DNA of 64,000 nt from an uncultured bacterium (GTDB taxonomy: Bacteria > Krumholzibacteriota > Krumholzibacteriia > JACNKJ01), in NCBI GenBank assembly GCA_963695095.1, contig CAVOFT010000001.1, positions 448,001 to 512,000 on the forward strand, read 5' to 3'. A program made the translations under genes and the position numbers. A model generated the notes under the pieces. That model ran no database searches, had not been told where the DNA came from, and saw only the letters and a list, made by a program, of their open reading frames with translations. Below, in pieces: positions 8,916 through 16,310 of this stretch (its first letter is position 1; each line of letters starts with the position of its first letter).

Positions 8916-10655
8916 ATGAAGACGCTCGTCTACTCCTGCCTCGGCACGCTGCTGGCCCTGGCCCTCGTCATCCTGGTCGTGGCCGGGGTCTTCGCCCTCA
9001 AGAGCGCGCGGGGTCCCGACGTGGACAAGGGCGACTGGCTGGTCGTGGACCTCTACGGGGCGCTGCCCGAGTACGACCCGCCGGCCGGGCCGCTGGGCCA
9101 GCTCATGGATGGCGACACGCGCACGCTCACGCGCACGCTGGAAGTGCTCGAGAAGGCCCGCTCGGACAAGCGCATCGCCGGCTTGCTCCTGAAGGTAGGC
9201 CCCAACGGCGCCGGCTGGGCCAGCATCGAGGAACTGCGCGGGGGCATCGCGGCGCTGCGGGCGGCGGGCAAGCCCGCCTTCGCCTGGTCGGACGACCTGA
9301 ATCTCAAGGGCCTCTTCCTCGCCAGCGCCTGCGACTCGATCTTCATGGCGCCGCACGCGGACATGAGCCTGACCGGCGTGCGCTACCAGTCCACCCACGT
9401 GAAGCGCGCCCTGGACAAGCTCGGCATCAAGCCCCAGCTCCACCAGATCAAGGACTACAAGGCTGCCGCCGAACTGCTCCTGCGCGAGGACTCCAGCGAG
9501 GCCGCCAAGGAGAACGACCTCTGGATCCTCGACGAGTTCTGGCGACTGGCGACCGCGGCCTTCGCCGCCGAGCGTGGGCTCACGGAAGCCCAGATCACGG
9601 CGATGATGGAGAAGGCGGTGTTCTCGACTGCCGAGGCCAAGGCGGGGCGACTCATCGACGAGACGGCCTACTTCGACGAGCTGAAGGCCCGGCTGGCCGC
9701 CCGCGACGGCCAGAAGCAGGACGACGAGGGCGAGTTGCCCACCATCGCCGACGGCGCCTACGCCAAGCTGAAGCGCAGCAAGCTGGACCTGGAGGGCAAG
9801 AAGACGATCGCGGTGGTGCACGCGCAGGGCTCGATCGGCGGGCGCAAGAACCGCGTGGATCCCCTGCTCGGCGCAATGATGGGCCACGAGTCGGTGGTGG
9901 CCGACCTGCGCGCCGCCCGCGAGGACGAGGACGTGGTGGCCATCATCTTCCGCGTGGACAGCGGGGGCGGCGAGTCCCTCGCCAGCGGCTTCATCCGCCA
10001 CGAGGTGGCCAGCTGCGCCGCCGCGAAGCCCACGATCTGCTCGATGGTGGACGTGGCCGCCTCCGGCGGCTACATGATCGCCTACCATGCGGACAAGATG
10101 GTGGCCGACGCCTTCACGGTGACCGGCTCCATCGGCTCGATCAGCGGCAAGATGAACACGAAGGGCTTCTTCGAGAAGCTGGGCATCACGCACGATGCCG
10201 TGGAGAAGGGGCCCAACGCCGACTTCTGGTCGGACCAGAAGGACTTCAGTCCCGAGCAGTGGGCGCGCTTCACCGAGGACCACTGGCGCGGTTTCAACGA
10301 GTGGCTGGCCGACGTGGCCGAGAAGCGCGGCATGAGCTTCGCGGAGGCCGAGAAGCTGGCGCACGGGCGTGTCTGGACCGGCACGCAGGCCCTCGAGAAC
10401 GGCCTCATCGACGCCGTGGGCGGCTTCGATGCCGCGTTGGCGCTGGCCAAGGAACTGGCGGAGATCCCGGCCGACGACAAGGTGCGGCTCAAGCACTATC
10501 CCGACGAGCCCGGCCTGCTCGACTTCCTGGGCGGCGGCAACGCGAGCGGCGCCCTGAGCTGGCTCGCCTACCGCTACCTGCGCGAGGACCTGGCCGAGAC
10601 CTGGCGCCTCGTCGAGCAGGGCGTGCTGGGCGGGGCGGTGGCGGTGCCGCGTTGA
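8916..10655 (+). CDS. sppA: Signal peptide peptidase SppA (67K type, N-terminal membrane anchor)
   Basis: N-terminal TM helix, YKAAAE, RVDSGGG, AASGGY, TGSIGS, GRVWTG. Confidence 0.88.
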   Translation: MKTLVYSCLGTLLALALVILVVAGVFALKSARGPDVDKGDWLVVDLYGALPEYDPPAGPLGQLMDGDTRTLTRTLEVLEKARSDKRIAGLLLKVGPNGAGWASIEELRGGIAALRAAGKPAFAWSDDLNLKGLFLASACDSIFMAPHADMSLTGVRYQSTHVKRALDKLGIKPQLHQIKDYKAAAELLLREDSSEAAKENDLWILDEFWRLATAAFAAERGLTEAQITAMMEKAVFSTAEAKAGRLIDETAYFDELKARLAARDGQKQDDEGELPTIADGAYAKLKRSKLDLEGKKTIAVVHAQGSIGGRKNRVDPLLGAMMGHESVVADLRAAREDEDVVAIIFRVDSGGGESLASGFIRHEVASCAAAKPTICSMVDVAASGGYMIAYHADKMVADAFTVTGSIGSISGKMNTKGFFEKLGITHDAVEKGPNADFWSDQKDFSPEQWARFTEDHWRGFNEWLADVAEKRGMSFAEAEKLAHGRVWTGTQALENGLIDAVGGFDAALALAKELAEIPADDKVRLKHYPDEPGLLDFLGGGNASGALSWLAYRYLREDLAETWRLVEQGVLGGAVAVPR

Positions 10656-11242
10656 GCCCGCGGGCGAAGGCGACGCGCCCGACCGTACCGCGCATCCTGC
10701 CGCTCACCAAGGAGCGCTGGGCCGATTTCGAGGCCCTCTTCGGCCCGCGCGGTGCCTGCGGCGGCTGCTGGTGCATGTGGTGGCGGCTGAAGCGCGCGGA
10801 CTGGGAGCGCGGTCAGGGCGCGGGCAACAAGCAGGCGATGAAGAAGCTGGTGGCCGGCGGTGCGGTGCCCGGGCTCATCGCCTACCTGGGTGAGGAGCCG
10901 GTGGGCTGGGTGTCCATCGGCCCGCGCGAGGACTACCCCGTGCTCGGCCGCTCGCCCGTGCTCAAGCCGGTGGACGACACACCGGTCTGGTCGGTGGTCT
11001 GCTTCTTCATTCGCCGCGAGCACCGGCGCCAGGGTCTGAGCCGCGCGCTCATTGCCGCGGCCAAGAAGCACGCCAAGGCGGGCGGCGCCCGCTGGCTCGA
11101 GGCCTATCCCACGGAGCCGAAGAAGAGCGAGGTGCCGGACATCTACGCCTTCACCGGCGTGCCGGCGATGTTCACCGCCGCCGGCTTCAAGGAGATCGCG
11201 CGGCGCTCGCCGACGCGGCCGATCCTGCGCTGCAAGCTGTAG
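10652..11242 (+). CDS. GNAT acetyltransferase, intact copy
   Basis: LFGPRGACGGCWCMWWR, PVGWVSIGPRE, VCFFIRREHRRQGLS, LEAYP; TTG start overlaps sppA stop. Confidence 0.85.
   Translation: MSPRAKATRPTVPRILPLTKERWADFEALFGPRGACGGCWCMWWRLKRADWERGQGAGNKQAMKKLVAGGAVPGLIAYLGEEPVGWVSIGPREDYPVLGRSPVLKPVDDTPVWSVVCFFIRREHRRQGLSRALIAAAKKHAKAGGARWLEAYPTEPKKSEVPDIYAFTGVPAMFTAAGFKEIARRSPTRPILRCKL
10784..11242 (+). repeat. Direct repeat copy 1 (3' part of GNAT gene), 459 bp
   Basis: Ungapped match to 14540-14998, about 29 mismatches by hand count (~94% identity). Confidence 0.95.
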
Positions 11243-11274
11243 GCGACAAGCCGAGTTCTCTCCCGCGCAGGATT

Positions 11275-11338
11275 GAGGGGCCGGCCCGAAGGCCGACCCC
11301 TCGCGCGTATCCGCATCACAGTGCCTCTGTGGGGTGTG
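11275..11338 (-). ncRNA. Candidate sigma54-dependent small RNA or leader, copy 1
   Basis: 26/32 ungapped identity with 16031-16062; 3' hairpin with C(UUCG)G loop; GG-N10-GC element upstream. Confidence 0.5.
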
Positions 11339-11348
11339 CTGCACCTCA

Positions 11349-11364
11349 AGCAAGGGCTGGGCCT
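11349..11364 (-). promoter_or_regulatory. sigma54-type -24/-12 promoter
   Basis: Minus strand AGGCCCAGCCCTTGCT (GG-N10-GC, TTGCT). Confidence 0.5.
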
Positions 11365-11559
11365 TCCCGAGCCCAGGCGCAAACGGGGTCAACACTGTGG
11401 CTTGTGGAGAGAGCTTGAGCGCCGGCCGCTCGCGAGGCGACGGCCGGCCGGACGCTGCGGCGGTGCAAGGTTGCTGTCAAGGCTACTTGTTGGCACGACT
11501 CTCGATACACCAGCCTTGGACTGATCCGCCCGCCGCCGCCACTCCCCCCCGGGGAACTC

Positions 11560-12995
11560 TTGCCCGCCCACTCTACAGGCCGGGCCAGCGCTCCGAAGCC
11601 TGGGCTCTACCGCCCTCGGCGCACGGAGCAAAGCCTTCTGCACCGCTTGGTGCGGGAGCACCTGGAGACCTTCCTCGACTTGGCTCGGCGGGACGACGCC
11701 GAGTTCGATCCGGTTCCCGCCTTCGTCGAGCGCAGCTTCCGCAAGTACCTGGAGTGCGGCGTCCTGGCCCACGGCTTTGCCCGCGTTCGCTGCGGACGCT
11801 GCGGTTACGACTTTCTCGTAGCCTTCTCCTGCCGCACGCGGGGCCTGTGCCCGAGCTGCGACACGCGCCGGATGGTGGAGACGGCGGCGGCCCTGACCGA
11901 TCAGGTTCTGCCGCGCGTGCCCATTCGCCAGTGGGTGCTCTCCCTGCCCAAGCGGGTGCGCTGGTACCTTCGCCACCGGCCTGAGACCCTGAGTCCGGTG
12001 CTCGGCATCTTTCTGCGGGCGGTCGAGACGGCTGTTCGCCAGGCCAGCCCAGAGGCGCCGGCCGGTGCCCGCTTCGGGGCGGTGGCCTTCGTCCATCACT
12101 TCGGCGCCGCGCTGAACGGGCACACCCACTTCCACTGCCTGATCACCGATGGCCTCTTCGCCGCGACACCCACAGGCGAGGCGGTCTTCTACGCGGCTGG
12201 GCCAACGGATGCTGCCCGCGTGCAAGCGCAGGTGCGCCGCCGCGTGCTGGCCTGGTTGGTCCGCCATGGCTACATGGAGCCGGAAGCCGCGGCCACCATG
12301 CTCGCCTGGCGGCACAGCGGCGGTTTCTCGGTGGACGCTTCGGTGCGTCTCGCTGCCTGGGACCGCCAGGGCCTGGAGCGCCTGGCCCGCTACTGCGCGC
12401 GACCGAGCTTCAGCAGCGCGCGCCTGGATCGGCTGAGTGCCGATACGGTGGCGTATCGGCTGAAGAAGCCTCTCGCCGATGGGCGCACCTGCCTCTACCT
12501 CGCGCCGCTGGAGCTGCTGGCGCGCCTGGCGGCGCTGATCCCGCCGCCCGGCAGCATCGCACGCGCTATCACGGCGTGCTCGCTCCGCACGCGCGCCTGC
12601 GCTCGGCGGTGGTCGCGACGGCGGGCCCGAGCGAAGCGCTGGCCTGCCGGCTGCGGCAGGCAGCGGCGCGCATGGAGCTGGCTAGCGACGGCGAGTTGCC
12701 GGCGCCGGAGCCGCCGCCATCCATGCGCACGGTGCGCTACGCCTGGGCGATGCTGCTGGCGCGCATCTACGAGGTGCTGCCTCTGGTCTGCCCGCGCTGC
12801 GGTGGCGCCATGCGAATCGTCGCGTTCGTGACGGAGCAGGCCTCGGTGCGGCGCATCCTCGAGCACGTGGGGGAAGCCGCGAGGCCCTCACCGCTGTCGC
12901 CCTCGCGGGCGCCGCCGTGGGCGGAGTTCGCATGGGAGGGGGGTGGCGATGGCGACCTCGACCAGCGGACGGCCTTTGCCGACGAGCCCTGGTAG
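11560..12995 (+). pseudogene. IS91/ISCR-type transposase, frameshifted near 12549 (real or sequencing error)
   Basis: Zn-binding YLECG..CGRC..FSCRTRGLCPSC, HUH NGHTHFH, RYCARP; one extra C in CCC(G) at ~12549 restores PPPRQHRTRYHGVLAP and joins ORF 12576-12995 (WAMLLARIYE..CPRCGGAMRI). Confidence 0.88.
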
Positions 12996-13163
12996 CCGGT
13001 CTGCGCTGTGCGCGCGGGGACGGAGTCCGCACGCGGCGTGTGCTCGCGAGCGCCTCGGCGTCGGTGGAATGATAGCTCCCTCGCGGACACGCCCTCACCC
13101 TGGCCCCACCCGCGGCGCCTGACGCCGCCGGGTGACAGCACCACGCTCATGTTGGCGCTTGCG

Positions 13164-13192
13164 TTGACAGGCGCTAGGGCCAGGCGCATACT
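13164..13192 (+). promoter_or_regulatory. Outward-facing sigma70 promoter inside the oriIS end
   Basis: TTGACA-17 bp-CATACT. Confidence 0.65.
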
Positions 13193-13250
13193 CGAAGCTG
13201 CCCGAGAGAACACGACGGGGGGTATGGCCAAGCGCGCGGCACCGGGAGTG

Positions 13251-13268
13251 GCCTTGAAATGCCTGTCC
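13251..13268 (+). other. oriIS-like terminus
   Basis: TTGAAATGCCTGTCC vs ISCR oriIS consensus TTGAACTTCCTATAC as recalled (11/15); lies ~260 bp after transposase stop. Confidence 0.6.
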
Positions 13269-13302
13269 GCGGACGCTGGCGCCCCATTTTGCGCTGTGGG
13301 GC

Positions 13303-13725
13303 TTGTTCCTTGCCGCAACCGGTGCCGGGCCCGCCCAGAACTTCTCGATCGACTGGCACACCATCGACGGGGGCGGGGGCACCGGCACGGGCGGAGCGTA
13401 TTCGGTCAGAGGCACCATCGGCCAGCCCGATGCCGGCGTGATGAGCGGCGGCAACTACACACTGACCGGCGGCTTCTGGGGGATGATCGCGGCGGTGCAA
13501 ACGCCCGGCGCGCCGTTACTCTCGGTGTTCCACTCGGCCACCAACACGGTGGCCGTGACGTGGCCCTCACCTTCGACGGGTTGGACGTTGCAGCTGGACA
13601 CCAACAGCGTCAGTTCGGCAAACTGGTCCAACGTGACCAGCGGGATTAACGACGACGGCACGGCCAAGACGCTGATCGTCAGTCCGCCCGCCGGCAAACG
13701 GTTCTATCGGTTGTTTAACCCGTGA
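13303..13725 (+). CDS. Secreted hypothetical protein (Verrucomicrobia-like family); native start apparently lost at the oriIS junction
   Basis: QNFSIDWHTIDGGGG...GTIGQPDAG...GGFW...RFYRL; in-frame signal-like stretch RTLAPHFALWGLFLAA runs back to ~13270 without an ATG. Confidence 0.7.
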   Translation: MFLAATGAGPAQNFSIDWHTIDGGGGTGTGGAYSVRGTIGQPDAGVMSGGNYTLTGGFWGMIAAVQTPGAPLLSVFHSATNTVAVTWPSPSTGWTLQLDTNSVSSANWSNVTSGINDDGTAKTLIVSPPAGKRFYRLFNP

Positions 13726-13769
13726 ATCACGCGTTCGCCGCCACACTGGCTGCCGGAGCACCAGCGAAT

Positions 13770-14132
13770 ATGCGCCTATCCACGATCATTCTTCTCACCG
13801 CCTTCGGTTTGCTGATCGTCAGCGCCATTATGGGGAACTACCTGGAATCCTCCGGGATCATGACCCGGGAGAAGTTGGGTGCCCGAGGCGTGGCGGCAGT
13901 CATGGTGTTCTACTTTGGGTTGTTCTGCGCGATCGCCTTCTCCGCCGTGCCGCTCCTTCTGCGTTTTTTCCTCGCGGGTCAGGTTATAGCCGGCAATGCC
14001 GAGCAACCCAGCATCAGTTGGCTCCAAGCCCATGAGCAAACGATCGTTTACGCGGTCTGGGGCGTCTTTGCCGCCGGACTGGTCATCGCGTTTGTCCTCG
14101 CCAGGGACAAGATATCTACCCTGCTCAGGTAA
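13770..14132 (+). CDS. Hypothetical membrane protein, ~3 TM (cargo)
   Basis: Hydrophobic segments; lower GC; alternative GTG start at 13722. Confidence 0.65.
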   Translation: MRLSTIILLTAFGLLIVSAIMGNYLESSGIMTREKLGARGVAAVMVFYFGLFCAIAFSAVPLLLRFFLAGQVIAGNAEQPSISWLQAHEQTIVYAVWGVFAAGLVIAFVLARDKISTLLR

Positions 14133-14136
14133 TCCC

Positions 14137-14436
14137 ATGGAATGTCAGCAGTGCCATCGGGTCTTTCGGGATGAAGAACGCGTGGCCTCGATCTCGGGTA
14201 GCATCATGGGCGATGAACACACCGACGTTTATTCCCTCTGCCCCGCGTGCGGCCATTACACGGTTGCGCAATGGTGGGACAACTTCACGGGAGAGGAAAC
14301 CGTGAACGTCTCCGGGCCACTGACGCGAGTGGAGGGCGACCGGCGGATCGCGGTGATCCGAAGATGTTTGCAGCCGTGGGACAAGAAATGCCGCTGCGAA
14401 GCCCACCGTGAGTATTTCAATGACACGCTGGACTGA
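14137..14436 (+). CDS. Small Cys-rich, probably zinc-binding hypothetical protein (cargo)
   Basis: CQQC, CPAC, C..CRC..H in 99 aa; starts 4 nt after the upstream stop. Confidence 0.7.
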   Translation: MECQQCHRVFRDEERVASISGSIMGDEHTDVYSLCPACGHYTVAQWWDNFTGEETVNVSGPLTRVEGDRRIAVIRRCLQPWDKKCRCEAHREYFNDTLD

Positions 14437-14466
14437 CCGTATGCATTCCCAAACCACTCGGCCAAC

Positions 14467-14539
14467 ATGATGCGCATATTGCTGCCGCTGTTCGTCCTCT
14501 TCTTCCTTCTGCTCCTCGGGGTGGCGGTTTGCCAAGTGC
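14467..14539 (+). pseudogene. 5' stub of a secreted-protein gene cut at the duplication junction
   Basis: MMRILLPLFVLFFLLLLGVAVCQV signal-like start, then out-of-frame entry into the GNAT repeat. Confidence 0.5.
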
Positions 14540-14998
14540 CGGCTGAGGCGCGCCGACTGGGAGCGCGGCCAGGGCGCGGGCAACAAGTAGGCGATGAAGA
14601 AGCTGGTGGCGGGCGGCGCGGTGCCCGGCCTCATCGCCTACGTCGGCGATGAGCCGGTGGGCTGGGTGTTGGTGGGACCGCGCGAGGACTACTCCGTGCT
14701 CGGGCGCTCGCCCGTGCTCAAGCCGGTGGACGACACGCCGGTCTGGTCGCTGGTCTGCTTCTTCATTCGCCGCGAGCACCGGCGCCAGGGTCTGAGCCGC
14801 GCGCTCATTGCCGCGGCCAAGAAGCACGCCAAGGCGGGCGGCACCCGCTGGCTCGAGGCCTATCCCACGGAGCCGAAGAAGGCCGAGGTGCCGGACATCT
14901 ACGCCTTCACGGGCGTGCCGGCGATGTTCAACGCCGCGGGCTTCAAAGAGATCGCCCGCCGCTCGCCGACGCGGCCGATCCTGCGCTGCAAGCTGTAG
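14540..14998 (+). pseudogene. 5'-truncated duplicate of the GNAT gene (repeat copy 2)
   Basis: Lacks the first ~44 codons; CAG>TAG at 14588; residual ORF 14594-14998. Confidence 0.9.
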
Positions 14999-15097
14999 TC
15001 ATCCTGCCCGATGGGCGCACGCGCCTCCACCATTGCGGCCGGGCCTCCCCCGTGGAAGAATGCCCCGACGGCTGCCCGCCGTCCGGGGAGGCCTTCG

Positions 15098-15787
15098 GTG
15101 ACCAAGGATCTCTACGATCGCATCTGGGATGGCAAGTCGGCACCCGCGGCGGCGGTCCCCGAGCCGGGCTCGCGCGCGGACGTCGCGGGCGGCCGGCTGG
15201 GCAAGGGCGAGTTCGCCATCGAGATCGGCTGCGGTGAGGGCTCCTTCGGCGCGGTGATTGCCGGCGCCTATCGGCGCTACGCCGGCTTCGACATCTCGGA
15301 GCGCGCGGTGGGCAGGGCCCGCGCCCGCGGCCTTGATGCGCGAGCGCACGACATCGGCCAGGGTCCGCTGCCCGTGGCGACCGGCAGCGCCGATCTCGTG
15401 GTGGCCCTCGACGTGCTCGAGCACGTCTTCGATCCACCCAGCTTTCTCGCCGAGTGCGCCCGCGTGCTCGGTCCCGGCGGTCGCCTGCTGCTCAGCACGC
15501 CCAACATCCGCAGCCTGCCCCGTCTGGCCACCCTGGCGCTCCGCGGCCGCTTTCCGCGCACTTCCAGCGATCCGGGCTACGATGGCGGCCACCTGCACTA
15601 CTTCACGAGCCGCGACCTCGCCGGCCTGGCCGCGGCCGCCGGGTTGCAGCCCCTGCGCCGCCTCGGCGTCTGGCCGCGCGGCGGCCATCATGCCCGCCTC
15701 AAGCGGATTCTCGCCGCCGTCCTGCCGGCGGCCTGGGTCCGTGAATGGCTCGCTCCTGGAATCTTCATCGAAGCGCGGAAGCCCTAG
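15098..15787 (+). CDS. Class I SAM-dependent methyltransferase
   Basis: IEIGCGEG, FDIS, LDVLEHVFDP, LGPGGRLLLSTPN; GGGGAGG RBS before GTG. Confidence 0.85.
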   Translation: MTKDLYDRIWDGKSAPAAAVPEPGSRADVAGGRLGKGEFAIEIGCGEGSFGAVIAGAYRRYAGFDISERAVGRARARGLDARAHDIGQGPLPVATGSADLVVALDVLEHVFDPPSFLAECARVLGPGGRLLLSTPNIRSLPRLATLALRGRFPRTSSDPGYDGGHLHYFTSRDLAGLAAAAGLQPLRRLGVWPRGGHHARLKRILAAVLPAAWVREWLAPGIFIEARKP

Positions 15788-16004
15788 GACCGCCGCCGGC
15801 CGCCGCGACCCGAGTGCCGGGCTCGCCGCGTCCTCAGGCAGGGATTCGACTCGGTTGGTGGCACCGGTTCGAATCGACCGGCCCTGGAAGTGGCTTTGAA
15901 CTGCCGATCCGTCATCGACGATGGTGTCGCATGGGTCCCGATCACGGGCCAGCACGGGGGGCGCTCGGAGGTCATCCCGCCTCTCCTCGGTTCGGCAAGC
16001 AAAT

Positions 16005-16066
16005 GGGGGCCTGCCGACTGGCAGGCCCCCGCGCGTATCCCCATCGAAGAGCCTCTAGGGGGGCAT
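16005..16066 (-). ncRNA. Candidate sigma54-dependent small RNA or leader, copy 2
   Basis: Core shared with 11303-11334; perfect 11-bp hairpin 16005-16030 followed by ATTTGCTT on the minus strand. Confidence 0.55.
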
Positions 16067-16077
16067 ACCTGATCTAC

Positions 16078-16093
16078 CGCAATGGGCGTGCCG
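16078..16093 (-). promoter_or_regulatory. sigma54-type -24/-12 promoter
   Basis: Minus strand CGGCACGCCCATTGCG, close to TGGCACG-N4-TTGC. Confidence 0.65.
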
Positions 16094-16227
16094 TCTCGGG
16101 GAATGTTGTAATTTACATGGATTCAGCCAATTGAGATGGGTGCGGCAAGCCTGTGGCGCCGGTTCTCCGGACACAGCGGCGGCCGGCGCTCGCCTTGCTG
16201 GTTCCGCCTACGCCCCGGAAGCGGCGC

Positions 16228-16256
16228 TTGACAGCTATACGAATGGCTAGTAGTCT
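16228..16256 (+). promoter_or_regulatory. sigma70 promoter of the helicase with operator-like box in the spacer
   Basis: TTGACA-17-TAGTCT; box CTATACGAATGGCTAG at 16235-16250. Confidence 0.7.
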
Positions 16257-16310
16257 CCGGCCCCGGCGGCGGTCCTCCCCCGAACGCCAAATCGTGCCGG
16301 AGGTCCTGCC

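Larger units (their letters stand above)
11421..13268 (+). mobile_element. IS91-family / ISCR-like rolling-circle element; left (terIS) end uncertain
   Basis: Y2/HUH transposase; oriIS-like end at 13251-13268; strong hairpin at 11421-11448. Confidence 0.75.

Noticed and set aside
11491..11506. TGGCACGACTCTCGAT as a sigma54 promoter for the transposase
   Set aside because: Good -24 element, but the -12 GC is missing (GA).
13270..14539. Integron cassette array as an explanation for the short cargo ORFs
   Set aside because: No integrase, and intergenic gaps are too short for attC sites.
15843..15875. GGTTCGAATC / GATTCGAC resembling a tRNA T-arm or tmRNA end
   Set aside because: Forms a single hairpin (GATTCGACTCGGT...ACCGGTTCGAATC); no acceptor stem, anticodon arm or CCA could be built.
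15784..15975. Minus-strand 63-aa ORF (MTSERPPCW...) with a GAGGAGAGG RBS after sRNA-like copy 2
   Set aside because: Protein looks non-coding and has no counterpart after copy 1; kept only as the alternative 'leader' reading of that element.
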